64,000 nt of DNA, taken from contig NC_043002.1 in assembly GCF_006345805.1 (NCBI RefSeq), positions 14,384,001 to 14,448,000 on the forward strand, given 5' to 3'. This document shows positions 1 to 13,168 of this stretch, piece by piece. Origin of the DNA: Octopus sinensis (lineage: Eukaryota). The notes beneath the pieces were generated by a model, which ran no database searches, had not been told where the DNA came from, and was given only the letters and a program-made list of their open reading frames with translations. Both the position numbers and the translations under genes were made by a program. How positions within the stretch are numbered: position 1 is the stretch's first letter; every line of letters starts with the position of its first letter.

Positions 1-37
<37 letters not shown>

Positions 38-38
<1 letters not shown>

Positions 39-2646
39 TTTTTTTTTTCTTCTTTCAAATTTTCTTCCATTTCTTGCCGAGTGTCTTCCCGACTCCTAGG
101 GCAAAGAAACTCATAGTGTATATTGGTAGGCCATTAAACCAAACTCAGTAGTTCATTCATTTTTTTTTTTTTTTTTTTTAAAGTTAAATTAAAATTAAAA
201 TACATGAGCAGCAACAGTTCTCACATCGACAATGCTCTTCTCAATACGTGTGATGTACCAGTTAAGACAATCTTTTGCACTTCTTGCAGGGATGGTAAGC
301 CAGGGATCATTCTCATATAATTTTCGGTTCCCTTCTTGATCATTCCTAGTGCTCCTACGATCACTGGTATTGTAACCGCCTTGAGATGCCACATTTTCTC
401 AATTTCAATGAGTAGGTCTTTATATTTTCTGAGCTTGTCAAACTCTTTCGCTGAGATATTATGATCACAGGGGATGCTCATGTCGATCAATAAGCAAACT
501 TTATTGTTTTGGTCTTTCACAACAATATCTGGTTTATTGGCCTTGATGGTTCGGTCTGTATGTACTGGAAAGTCCCACAGAATGGTTACATTTTCTCCTT
601 CAGTTACAGCCTCAGGGTGGTGATTATACCACTTGTCGGCAGTTTTGATATTGTAATGCCGACTTATTAGCCAGTGGAGATATTGGCCAACTCTGTCATG
701 TCTTAATTTATACTCCACTGGTGCTAAGACTTTACATCCAGAGATTAGGTGGTCCACTGTTTCAATCATGTCGTTGCAGAATCGGCATTTTGGGTCTGCT
801 CCATTTTTCATCACATTGGCCTGGTAGTTCCGGGTTAATAGGCTTTGGTCTTGAGCAGCCAGGATGAAACCTTCGGTCTCTGCTTTTAGCCCTGAGCTCC
901 GCAGCCACTGATGGGTTTGCTTCTGGTCAACATCAGCTTGTTTGCTGCGGGTCACATATTTGCCGTGCAGAGGTTTCTCCTCCCACCTATCAGCCAATTG
1001 CTCGTGCGCTTTTTTCATTGCCATCATTTTCACCTTCTTTGCAACAATAGTTGCCGTACTTCCCTCGGTTTGTTCAGTTTGGGTATCCTGCACGAGATCA
1101 ATAGCAAATTTTTTGCTTTCCTTGATGATAGAATGGAGCTTCTTTCGTCTCTCGTGATTTTCCACGAGCTTTAGCATCCAGTCATTCGATATTTCGAGAT
1201 ATTTGGCCAGTCCAATTGTGGTTGTTTTGTAAGCTAGTTCAAATTGGATCAGGCCTCGACCTCCTTGGGCTCTGGGAAGGTAAAGGCGATCTACGTCTGC
1301 CTTTGGGTGGTGCATCCTATTACAACTCAGCAGCTTGCGTATTTTTCTATCTATATTCTTTACTTCACTCATATTCCAGTTCAACACATTGTAGCTATAA
1401 GTAACAACTGGAACTGCTAAGGAATTTATAGCTAACACCTTGTTACGTGCATTTAGTTCAGATTTCAGGACTGCACGAACTCTCCTATAACATTCCTTCC
1501 TGATTTTCTCTTTCATGCTTGCATGCTGAATACCAGAGCCTTCATTTATCCCTAAATATTTGTATGTCTGTTCTTGCTCAAGCTCTCTTATGACTGTGTC
1601 AACATCTAACACGACTGAATTTGTGGTCTTCACTTTCCCTTTCTGGAAAGTGGCCTTGGCACACTTCTCAAGTCCAAACTCCATCCGATGTCATCGCTGA
1701 ATGCTTTCACGGTGCGCAATAGGCCTTCAAGTTCATTATTGTCTTTACCATAAAGTTTTAAGTCATCCATATAAAATAGATGGCTTATTTTTTTATTGGC
1801 AATTTTATACCCATACCCTGTTCTGTTTAATTCACTTGTAAGGGGTATTAGGGCTATGCAGAATATTAAAGGTGAAAGTGAGTCACCTTGAAAAATTCCA
1901 CAGTTGATGTTTATATTTTCTGAGGCAAGTACTCCATTAGAGTGGTATAATTGGAGATTCGTATTCCACAACGACATATTGTGCTTCAGGAAGTTTGAAA
2001 TCACAGGGGAAATTTTAAAGATGTCCAGCGATCTCAAGATCCATGGATGCGGTATACTGTCGAAGGCCTTTTTATAGTCAATCCATGCGGTGCTGAGATT
2101 TCTGCGCTTGTTGTGACAGTTCTCAAGGATCATACGATTGATTAGCAGTTGATATTTGCATCCGTAAGAGCCTCGGCGGCACCCTTTTTGTTCAATGGGG
2201 AAAATATCGTTCTTCTCCATGAATGCATATTTTTTCTCCGCCAGGATAGATGTTAGGATTTTATACGTGGTGGATAGACGGGTTATAGGCCGATTTTTTT
2301 TTGGAAGGTTGGTTTCGTTATTCTTTGGGAGTAGGTAAGTAATGCCACTTGCTAACCATTCAGGTGTTTTCTTTGGGTCTCTCAAAATTCCATTGAGCAG
2401 CTGAACTAGCTTACCGTGTGCGCACGGGAGCGATGCGAGCCAGAAATTCGGCACCCTATCTTTACCGGGGGATTTCCAATTATGGGCCTTCGTGAGTGCC
2501 TTTCTTAGGTCTGCTATTGTGATGTCTTCCCATGCTTGTTGAAATGATGTAAGATCCAGAACAGGAAGAAAGATGAAGAGAAAATTTGGATCCTCACCAA
2601 GAGAAGAACTGATATCAATAAAAGAAACGCTGAAACAAAAAGTCCA

Positions 2647-2647
<1 letters not shown>
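38..2647 (-). mobile_element. 5'-truncated R4/Dong-clade non-LTR retrotransposon (RT + restriction-like endonuclease) inserted in a (TAA)n microsatellite
   Basis: RT motifs KSPGKD, IDYKKAFDS, GIFQGDSLSP, FYMDDLKLY; C-terminal CRFC..ETVDHLISGC knuckle, RHD, KPDIV..LIDMSIP, KYKDL; (ATT)n on both flanks (1-37, 2647-2694); ~180-bp 3' UTR. Confidence 0.93.
221..2541 (-). pseudogene. Dong/R4 RT-RLE ORF split by a single -1 frameshift near 1685
   Basis: ORFs 1630-2754 and 221-1684 join as DDIG|MEFGLEKC if one A is restored (gga atg -> ggatg); also non-consensus residues (PITR, KYQL). Confidence 0.88.
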
Positions 2648-2681
<34 letters not shown>

Positions 2682-2694
2682 CTTCATTATTATT

Positions 2695-3187
2695 GAGAGA
2701 GCAGTGCATGCCATCAATGTAACACTGGGGTAAAGTATATGAAGCCCAATTCACCCATCATGACTACCCGTCTGATGAGGGTACACCAAGCACATGATTC
2801 ACAACCATATGTGGGCGACATTGTGATCCCATATAAAGATAAACAGCATATGAACTTCAGGGTAGCGCCCAGTTATAGTTATCTTCAGATCGTGTAGCCC
2901 ATCACGCTCAAAAGATCCCTGAATAAGGGCTGATTAAAGATGTTGAACGAAACACCCATATCGCTAGAGGGGAATTATTCAAATCCCAAAGAGTTCCTCG
3001 TCAGCCACTAAGGGATATGCTCAACAGATTAAGGTCATACAACTGACAAGCAGATCTTTGGCTTTTAGCATATTACTTGCTGTAGCCCATCTTTTATAGC
3101 AAGACAAAACAATGCACACGGTAACACTTACAATCAGTTCAGACCACAACACATAAGATCCTGTGCATGGCACTGTACCAGGGCATT
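2695..3187 (-). mobile_element. (TAA)n-embedded non-coding retroposon family D, copy 1 (internal ~65-bp deletion)
   Basis: Homologous to 4911-5468, 37526-38004, 38980-39235; bounded by (ATT)n; strand inferred from the (AAT)n tail. Confidence 0.75.
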
Positions 3188-3489
3188 TATTATTATTATC
3201 ATTATTTTTTATTTGCGTTGTATCTGCATCTTTATTACAGTCTCTTGACGAGCCACACCAATCGTCCTGGGGTGAGTGAGGCATAGGAGGTGTTACAGTA
3301 TGATTGAAAGCTTGTGGAGAAGAAGTAAGGAAATATCTCCATTTTATACAACACAGACACTTAAATTGATAATAAATATTATTATCATTATTATACTGGT
3401 TGTTGTTGTTGATATTGTTGTTGTTGTTCTTCTTCTTCTACCTCTTCTCCTTCCTCTCTTTCTTCCTCTTCTTCTTCTTCTTCTTCTTG

Positions 3490-4860
3490 CCTTTGCACAG
3501 CTGCTAACGTTGGGAGATTTACTACAGTGCCAGCTGTTCCCTACCAGTGAACTAAGGTAACACCACTTATTTTTCGAGTACCTTCGGGAATATTCGGGCG
3601 ATTCCAAGCAGTGCTGTTTTCTGCAAGTGCTCCACCCTTATTGCAGCTGCTATTTAGGGCTCCAACAATTATTGGTACTACTGCTACCTTTTTCATCGAC
3701 CACAACTGCTTAACTTTCCAAACTAACCTATCATATCTCTCGACATTTCTTTCTTCCTTATCGCATAACTTGTCGGCAGGGCATACTATGTCTATGATCC
3801 AGCATAATGTGTTTCTTTCTCAATTAAGACTATGTCCGGCTTCCTATTCTCAATCTCATGGTCGCACTGAATCATAAAATCCCATAGGATCTTTGCATTT
3901 TAATTTTCGACAATACCTTCAGGTTTGTGGTCGTACCAATTTTTTGTTCTGTGAAGTCTATATTCGTTGCAAAGTGTCCAACGTACAAACCTGGCTATAT
4001 TGTCGTCGCGTCTCTCATATTCATTCTGGGCTAGTGACATGCATTGGCTGGTAATATGCCATACGGACTCGCAGTTTTGTCCACAGTTTCTGCACTTATC
4101 ACTTTCTGCTGTGTTGCCTATTCTGTATTTTATGTAGTTTGTTCTTTGCGCTTGCTCTTGGGCAGCACAGATTAGGGCCATCGTTTCCGGTTTTAAATCA
4201 CTTATAGTCATCCACAGTCATTCTTTTCTGTCTGACTTATCTTCAACATCCCTATGAAATTGTCCTTGCATTCTTTTCTTTACCCACCTATTTTCAGCTT
4301 CATTCGTTTTCAATTTCTTGTATAGTGCTTTATCTTTGTAGCCTTTCATTCTCCAAAAGCCTGACCTTCTTACTTTTAATAATAGCGGTTCTGTGGCATT
4401 TTTTACATACCATGCTATGTTGTTTTCGTCTGCTCTAATGCTGTGTTCGCATCCAATAAGTCCTCTTCCCGTTCTTTTTCTTGGGACTTACAGTCTGTTA
4501 ACGTTTTTGGATGCAGTGTCACATATTTAGTTAGCAGCTTCCTTGTCTTTCTGTTTAAGCTCTCCGTTTAATTCCGATTTAAGAATCAGTCTCAGTTCGC
4601 GCAAGTACTCCACCTTAAATTTTTCTGTCATTTCTTTTTCCTTCAATTTACCCATTTCCAAAACCCTCAAGTACTTATAGCCCGCCTCTTCTATCTGCTT
4701 AATAACCTCCCCCGACGGCATCGTTAGCCCGTCCATACATTTGATTTTGCCTCTCTCTTCATGACTAACACACCACCCTTTCTCAGTCCGAACTCCATTC
4801 TGATATCAGCACTGAAGGTAAATACCGTATCAGTATCAACGAGGGTACTGACTTGGACTA
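3490..4860 (-). pseudogene. Second, degenerate R4/Dong copy (RT C-terminus to RLE, plus 3' UTR)
   Basis: Fragments ICAAQEQ..KCRNCGQNCESVWHITSQC..YERRDD, YKYLRVLE..LRLILKSELNG and MEFGL are collinear with ORF 221-1684. Confidence 0.85.
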
Positions 4861-4910
4861 TTATTTTTGTTGTTGTTATTATTATTATGATTATTATTAT
4901 TATTATTATT

Positions 4911-5465
4911 GAGTGAGAGAGCAGTTCATGCCATCAAAGTGACACTGGGGTAAAATATACGAAGCCCAATATACCCATCATGACTACCCGTATGATAAAG
5001 GTACACCAGGCACATGCATCACAACCATATGTGCGCGACATGGTGATCTCATATCAAGATAAGCAGCACATGACCTTGCAGGTGGGGCCCAGTTAGAATT
5101 TTCTTCAGGTTGAGTAGCCCATCCCGCTCAAACGGTCCCTGAATAAGGGTTGTTTAAGGATGTTGAAAGAACCACCCATGTTTCCAGAGGTGAACTATTC
5201 AAACCCCAAAGAATCCCTCTCAACACATGGCTATGATGCTCCCCCAACTACTTCTGCTCGTGATCAGAGATGCACATATCGTCAGCCACTAAGGGACATG
5301 CTCAACTGGTTAAGGTCAAACAACTGACAAGCAAATCTGTGGTACTGAGCAGAATATTTGCTGTGGCCCATCTTTTATACCAAGACAAAACAATGTACAT
5401 GATAACACTTCCAATCAGTTAAGATCAGAAGCCATGAGAGCCACTGCCTGGTACTACATCAGGGC

Positions 5466-5468
<3 letters not shown>
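4911..5468 (-). mobile_element. Family D retroposon, apparently full length (~558 bp)
   Basis: gagtgagagagcag...agggcattt between (ATT)n tracts; both ends shared with copy 1. Confidence 0.78.
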
Positions 5469-5532
<64 letters not shown>

Positions 5533-5533
<1 letters not shown>

Positions 5534-5870
5534 CTTCGTAACACAGTGTTGGTAAAAATGCACCGGAGTCTTTCGTCATCTGTCTAGTGACAACAAGGAC
5601 CTCATATAGGAAATACGTTCCTTAAGATGTGCGCTGTGCCCCCAAAGGCTGCTTTTTGCAAGAGATCAATCTTGCATGGGATTTCCAGTTGCCTTAAGAA
5701 GTTTTGAAGTTTCATTGGAATTGAGCCCAACACTCCGACCAGCACTGGTATCACTTTTACATTACCCTCTCGAATCCATAGCCTTTCAATTTCCACTTTC
5801 AATTCGGGAGTGCTTCCCAACACTTCCGCTCGTGATCAGAGATGCATGTATCGTCAGCCACTAGGGGACA
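5533..5870 (-). mobile_element. Dong/R4 3' fragment fused to a ~50-bp internal piece of family D
   Basis: ELKVEIERLW..VIPVLVGVLG..LLQKAAFGGTAHILR is the RLE C-terminus; 5821-5870 matches 5252-5299. Confidence 0.75.
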
Positions 5871-5879
5871 TATTATTAT

Positions 5880-6312
5880 TCCTTCGTAACACAGTGTAGG
5901 TAAAAATGCACCGGAGTCTTTAGTCATCTGACAAGTCACAAGATGGGCCTTTCTTCCCACATCGGTAACCCATCTTAACTTTCCTAAGTGTCCCTACCAT
6001 GGGTATTAGTGCAATTACAGATGCCAAGAGCCCTCCTAGTACCTTTGCTGTTCCTAATAATACTGTTTTCTGGAGCTGTGCTAAACTGGGTTTTATGCCT
6101 ATTTCCTCTATCCATCTGTTCAGATCATTATGGATAGTTCGCAATGCTCCTATAACCACTGCGAATCATTCTACCCGCACTTTTCATAGTCTCTATAATT
6201 CTATGGCTAGGTCCTGGTACTTCGCTATTTATTCTATACCTCTGATATCGATTTTTTTTTTCGTTATTTGGGACTGCAACATCAAATATCTGGCACTTTC
6301 TATTTCCTTTAT
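5880..6312 (-). mobile_element. Dong/R4 3' fragment
   Basis: KCQIFDVAVP, MVIGALRTI..LQKTVLLGTAKVL; same 3' UTR end (gactccggtgcattttta..tgttacgaagg-aat) as the 5533 fragment. Confidence 0.78.
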
Positions 6313-6364
<52 letters not shown>

Positions 6365-6366
<2 letters not shown>

Positions 6367-6572
6367 TTTTACTTGTTTCAGTCATTTGACTGCGGCCATG
6401 CTGGAGCACCGCCTTTAGTCGACCAAATTGACACCAGGACTCATTCTTTGTAAGCCTAGTACTTAATCAATCGGTCTCTTTCGCGGAACCGCTAGTTACG
6501 GGGACGTAAACACACCAGCATCGGTTATCAAGAGATGTTGGGGGTACAAACATAGACACACAAACACAAACA

Positions 6573-6618
<46 letters not shown>

Positions 6619-6803
6619 ATATATATATATGCATATACACGACGGGCTTCTTTCAGTTTCCGTCTACGAAATCCACTCACAAGTCTTTGGTCGGCCCGAG
6701 GCTATAGTAGAAGACACTTGCTCAAGGTTCCATGCAGTGAGACTGAACATGGAACCATGTGGTTGGTAAGCAAGCTACATACCACAGAGCCACTCCTGCG
6801 CCT
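6365..6803 (-). mobile_element. SINE family A (tRNA-like head, CORE-like ccttgggcaagt, central TA/TG microsatellite, CR1-type tail), full length
   Basis: Matches copies at 11065, 39327, 44581, 48005; B-box-like gttcagtc; lies between (TAC)n tracts. Confidence 0.85.
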
Positions 6804-6822
6804 ACTACCACACAACCACTAT

Positions 6823-6869
<47 letters not shown>

Positions 6870-7357
6870 ATTTGTTATTTGGTTAGACGACAGAAATTTT
6901 TGCTGTGCCTAATGCATTCTGATGCCCTGCGAAGCATGTAAGTCACATATGTTTGACGTCCCTTCTGATTATCTGCAAACTGTGGGGTACAGAGAAAAAT
7001 GGTAAAAGATGTCCACACGGTTGCCCTTCTAAACAAGGAATGCCGATGTGTTGTTTGGTGCAAGAAATGGATTTTGGACTAAATATGCGGGTGTAAGACT
7101 TGTCATTAGTATCCGCCTGACTGCAGTTGGTCCCTGACCAGACACTGTCATCCTAATTGAGGGACAGTGACTCAATTGTGCTGTCTTGTTGAGTTTTATA
7201 ATAGTTTAACAACAATAAGAGGCCAATGCATTTTTCAGCCTCAAGTTAAAAGCAGATTTTACTATTAGGAGTGTGTCCTTTAGTTATAAAATATCCTTTA
7301 GTGAAGGAGAGATATAGCATTGCGGTTTCTATTTATGCGGGTTATATAGTTCCATAC

Positions 7358-7653
7358 CACCGTGATCACCGTGACCGACCAGGCTATCAGATGTTGCAAC
7401 ACATCGCTGGTCACAATGCGCTTCGCATTGTTTTAGCCTTTAAATGACGCCATCCCGCTTGCTAATCGAGCATGCCAACAGAAGAAAGTTGCGGTGAAAG
7501 AGTACAGCAGGGATCACCACCCCCTGCCGGAGCCTCGTGGAGCTTTAGGTGTTTTCGCTCAATAAACACTCACAACGCCCGGTCTGGGAATCGAAACCGT
7601 GATCCTACGACCGCGAGTCCGCTGCCCTAACCACTGGGCCATTGCGCCTCCAC
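7358..7653 (-). mobile_element. tRNA-Arg(TCG)-derived SINE
   Basis: Head ggcgcaatggcccagtggttagggcagcggacTCGcggtc..gtttcgattccc; 13-bp TSD atatagttccata (7344-7356, 7654-7666). Confidence 0.85.
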
Positions 7654-7845
7654 ATATAGTTCCATATAAGGGGTTATATTTTGATAGTTTATATTACTTT
7701 TTTATATTATAACTATCATATTATTAAAATGTGATATATTATATTTTATTTTATTTCATTTTATTATCATAATATAATACAATTTTAATACTTCTTCTAT
7801 CACAATATATATATAAATGTGTGTGTATATATAAGGTTTGGTATA

Positions 7846-8008
7846 TTTACGTCCCCGTGACTTAGCGGTTCCGCTTAAAAGGCCGATGGAATAAGCAGTA
7901 CGCTTACAAGGAATAAGTTCTGGGGTCGATTTGTTCGACTAAGAGGCGGTGCGGCAGCATGGCCGCAGTCAGATGACAGAAACAATAAATGAATAAAGGA
8001 ATAAAAGC
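7846..8008 (+). mobile_element. SINE A 3' half
   Basis: tttacgtccccgtgacttagcgg...cagcatggccgcagtc..gaaac tail. Confidence 0.75.
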
Positions 8009-8041
<33 letters not shown>

Positions 8042-8237
8042 TGTATGTATGTATGTATGTATGTATGTATGTATGTATGTATGTGTAGCCTATGTCTGGG
8101 CGTCTACTTGCGTATGTGTGTAGGTGCGCTCGCTTTTGTATAAAGGGAAACAAAAAGGAATGAACGGAGTGAAGGTAGTTTTTGGGGAGAATTGTTTAAG
8201 GCTATTACCACTGCCACAACAACACCTAGAAACAACC

Positions 8238-8393
8238 TATTTCTTTACTACCCACAAGGGGCTAAACACAGAGGGGACAAACAAGAACAGATAGACGAAT
8301 TAAGTTGATTATATCGACTCCAGTGCGTAACTGGTACTTATTTAATCGACCCCGAAAGGATGAAAGGCAAAGTCGACCTCAGCGGAATTTGAA
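8238..8393 (-). mobile_element. SINE family B, 5'-truncated at the B box
   Basis: Matches SINE B body; 13-bp TSD cctagaaacaacc (8225-8237, 8394-8406). Confidence 0.8.
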
Positions 8394-8454
8394 CCCTAGA
8401 AACAACCACCAACAGAAACATCACCAATAGAAACACCACCAACATCACCTACGA

Positions 8455-8487
8455 TTAAAACTCTTATTACCTCCACCGTCACTACAA

Positions 8488-8559
<72 letters not shown>

Positions 8560-9046
8560 GCTACTACTATTAAAACTTATTACCGCCACCTTAACTACCA
8601 ACTACTACAACAACAACAACTACTACTACTGCTACTACTACTACTACTACTACTGCTACCACTACTACTATTAAAACTTATTACCGCCACCTTAACTACC
8701 AACTACTACAACAACAGCAACTACTACTACTGCTACTACTACTACTACTACCACTACTACTATTAAAACGTATTACCGCCACCTTAACTACCAACTACTA
8801 CAACAACAACAACTACTACTACTGCCACTACTACTACTGCTACTACTACCACTACTACTATTAAAACTTATTACCGCCACCTTAACTACCAACTACTACA
8901 ACAACAACAACTACTACTACTGCTACTACTACTACTACTACTACCACTACTACTATTAAAACTTATTACCGCCACCTTAACTACCAACTACTACAACAAC
9001 AACAACTACTACTACTACTACAACAACAACAACAACAACAACAACA

Positions 9047-9108
<62 letters not shown>

Positions 9109-9120
9109 AGCTACTACCGC
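8455..9120. repeat. Composite minisatellite, ~95-100-bp unit: ATTAAAACTTATTACCGCCACCTTAACTACC plus (CAA)/(CTA) runs, 6 copies
   Basis: Core visible near 8455, 8569, 8669, 8761, 8860, 8954. Confidence 0.9.
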
Positions 9121-10229
9121 AACAGCAGCTATTATTGTAGATGCAGCTTTGTATTTCCAAAGATGCGATTTAACATTAAAAAGTCATTATGAGTTGCGCC
9201 ATAAATATCATTATATTTATTAATTAATAATATTTATATCGCAAGGATTGTTGTTTACAGTTTTCATTACCGTTGTCTTACTTCCATTATTCACTTATTA
9301 TCCTACTCGGAATCATAAATATCATAATGTTGTTTGTCATTCCTCGTTACGATTTTAATTAGTATTTTTATGTATTACACATTTATTAGGCATTATCTTT
9401 GTAGATACGCTCTTCTGTTATAATAACCTGTTGTTGTTATTTAGAAATGATATTTGCTTTTTATTCTTTAATTTCTTTTCATGTGAAATCTAAAGGATTT
9501 ACGGGAAAATTTATACAATGGCTTTAGAAAGTAGTGACGGGGCTAATGTTATAACAACTCATTTAGTAAAATATTTTGAAGATCTGTATTCAACAACATC
9601 TCTTAAATTTTTGTTCGTTGGTTCGTTCGGATGCCTCACTCATTTTAAATTTCATGGGTTCAACTGTTCCATAGAAACCCTTTCTCAAACTTCTCTTTAA
9701 AATATTTTACTAGAAACATTAAAAAAATATATGAGTTTTATAGTTATTTCTCTATGAAAGATACCTAGGTGATGGTATCTCTTCTTCTTTACTCATGAGA
9801 ATTATGTTCGGTGTAACACCAGGAATATGTTACCGGATAATTCACTTCTCTTACAAGTGTTGCTGTCCGGTTTTAAACTCCATATAGCCATTGTATGATT
9901 TTAGAAATATTTTAAAGGAAATTTTGAGCACGGTAAATCATTGATTTTTTACAGTGGTTTAATATCATGTGTCGAGATAATAATATAGTGAGTTACGCTA
10001 ACATAATATATAATATGTAATAAACTCTCCTGTCGACTTCAGCACATGAGTTCCAGCAGCCAATGTTATAACTGTTAGAGTACTCACACATTTGAATAGT
10101 TTTCAGTAGCGGAAGTTTGTGTAGGAATAAACAAACATTTTGGAAATGATGGTTGCAGAAATATGATGCAAATGTTCACAACAAACTGGACGAAAAACTA
10201 CCTCTCAAGCTTTTCTGATCTTCCGTCAT

Positions 10230-10660
10230 TGATTAGTGACCTACGCACCACTCTAGTAGGATAAATGACCATCAGATTATCGAGCCAAATATCATAAGTC
10301 ATTGGAAATACATACAAATATATTTACATATTCTTGAGGGATTTTTACTAAACATCGGGAGGTCCCAGGAATCCCGTCTAGAATGAGTGTCATGTACAAG
10401 GTCGCATGGCTATTCATTAACTGCTAAAACATTGGAGAAATCAACATGCAGTTGAAATAGATGCTTTCAAGAAACGCATTGAACTCCTATTGTCCAAATT
10501 ATCAGAAGGATGGAAAAAGATTCCGAAGAGGGCAACAAAATCACATTCACTCCTTCACCAAAATCCTACTGAATACAGAGGGTTATGGCAAAAGTGATTA
10601 TACAGGCACTGCCACAGCATGGCCACAGCCTTTGGACTGAAACGCTTAAAAGATTGAAAG
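10230..10660 (+). mobile_element. Old CR1-type LINE 3' fragment
   Basis: YIQIYLHILEGFLLNIG and DAFKKRIELLLSK resemble the C-terminus of ORF 56621; ends in the cagcatggccacagcc..gaaac tail. Confidence 0.55.
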
Positions 10661-10705
10661 AACACATACACACAATTACGTGCATTTATACTTACAAACA
10701 TATAT

Positions 10706-10761
<56 letters not shown>

Positions 10762-10844
10762 GTGTATGTGTGTGTGTGTGCATATATGTTTGTAAGTATA
10801 TATATATATATATATATATATGTGTATGCATATATGTTTGTAAG

Positions 10845-10885
<41 letters not shown>

Positions 10886-11064
10886 TTGTGTATGTGTGTA
10901 CACATATATATATACACATATATGTACACATATACATACATATATATATATATATATATACACAGACATATGTACATACACACGCATACACATATATAAA
11001 TATATATATGTGCATAATATATACATGCATGCATACACACATATATAATATATGCATACATGTT

Positions 11065-11229
11065 AGCGCAGGCGTGGCTGTGTGGTGGTAATAAGCTTGT
11101 TTCCCATCCATATGGATCCTGGTTCAGTCCCACTGCGTGGTACCTTCGGCGAGTGTCGTCTACTAATGCTTTGGAGAGACCAAAGCCTTGTGAATGGATT
11201 TGGTAGACGGAATCTGAAAGAAGCACGTC

Positions 11230-11300
<71 letters not shown>

Positions 11301-11530
11301 TGGTATGGGGTAGTATTTGTATGTGTGTGTCTCTGATTTTGTCCCCACTTCATCGCTTGAAGACCGAGGTTGGTGTGTTTATGTCCAGGTAAATTAGTGG
11401 TTCGCCAAAAGAAACTGATAGAATAAGTATTAGGCTTACATAAAATAAGTCCTGCGGTGAAATTGTTCGACCTAAGTCGGTGATCCAGCATGGCCGCACT
11501 AAAATGACTGAAACAAATAAAAGAATAAAA
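11065..11530 (+). mobile_element. SINE A, full length
   Basis: Head gcgcaggcgtggctgtgtgg, central (TA)n, tail cagcatggccgc..ctgaaac. Confidence 0.85.
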
Positions 11531-12679
11531 GAATTAATATATCATATGATTGAATGGCCGTTGACTCTGTCGAGTTCATCGGCCCTTTCATGAGAGATCT
11601 TGTTCATGTCACACGGTGTCTAAAAACTACCCAACTCATCAAGTACGGTGGTGCGTGTTACCGGTTTAGGCGCCCTCAATCCAAGCATGTGACAATTCGT
11701 ACTGTGTTACCTGTTACCAGTAGCATTCCTCAAGACCTTCATCAAGTAGAATTCATCCAACTAGGTCTTATTTTGTTGAACGCAAAAAATAAAATAAAAT
11801 AAAATCACGAATTTCATTGGAGATTCAGTGGGACTTCACATGGCTTCTGAAAAGGACTCAACTAGAAGAGTAAATTGCATTTGCTATTCCTATATTATTA
11901 GGAAAGTTTCTCGAATGTGATAGATGTCACTTTAAAATGAAAATGATTCTGTACAAGAAACACGAGTCCCGATAAAGCTGAGTAGAAAGAAGATTTAAGT
12001 TTACAGATAAAAGTTCTTTTCGACGTATGGAATTTAAGACGATTAATTCATTCAATATAAGCACTGAAACGTAATGATAAATGTTAAAATACAATTAAGT
12101 TAATAAAGTAATGGAAGCCATTTGCATTTACTTAAACAAAAAGAGGGAAAATGTGTTAAATTCCATGCAAAACAATTTCTTGAGTGTACAAAAATCACTT
12201 GGTATAATTGTGTCCAATTCCAAATAAATTTGGAAGATATCACTGAACGATATCCAAACTACAGGGGGAAAGGCTAGCCACTGGATTTAGTTAAAAAGAG
12301 ACGATGAGCGAGGACTAGAAGAATATTGAGCTATATTTCATAATAAAGGCCTCATGTCAGAGACGGGAACTTGTAGGCAAGGATATCGTGGAGTTGTAGG
12401 CCCCGAAGCGACACGCATTCTCTCCCATATACTTGACGTCTAATTTTCATCGAGATTCAAATTGGAGAGTGTAGATAGCTAAGAGTCAAGTTTAAACGTT
12501 TCACTGGATATAGCCACACTTTTTTACCCTATGTATTTGTGTATGTGCGCAAGAGTGTATGAGTGAGTTTTTGAAAATGTTTTTTTTCTTAAATATGTGT
12601 ATATCTTTGTATCTGTACCGGAAAGATTTAATTTCTCTATAAACCCCATGTGTGACAATATATCCATTTGCCTATATGT

Positions 12680-12858
<179 letters not shown>

Positions 12859-13112
12859 TTCTGTCTTTGTCTGTCTGTAATATATATATATATATATATA
12901 TTGTATTTGTTCTTCCCTCGTTTATTACTGCTCTTATTTTAACTTTAGCGTGTGTGTTGTTGCCCCACTTACTCCATTCTCTAGAATGACCCTAAATATA
13001 ACAATATCTGTTTGAACACACGATTTCACATTCAGGATTCTTGGAACACAATTTGATAGACGTGTTTACAGACAGACACACACACACACACACTCACACA
13101 CACACACACACA

Positions 13113-13168
<56 letters not shown>

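Noticed and set aside
1680-1690. Possible programmed frameshift in the Dong ORF
   Set aside because: No slippery site. R4 elements have a single ORF, and other missense changes indicate a dead copy; a sequencing indel is also possible.
2770-2790. CTGATGA in family D copy 1 (similar heptamers at ~18514, 33658, 42019, 51774 and 54833 on -)
   Set aside because: Other family D copies read TGATAA; the remaining hits lack GAAA and stems or lie in transposase, RT or TIR sequence.
7590-7653. tRNA genes (heads at 7590-7653, 41465-41529 and SINE A/B heads)
   Set aside because: They continue into SINE bodies with TSDs and lack a complete acceptor stem.
11554-11802. 82-aa ORF in unique sequence
   Set aside because: No recognisable domain or splice context.
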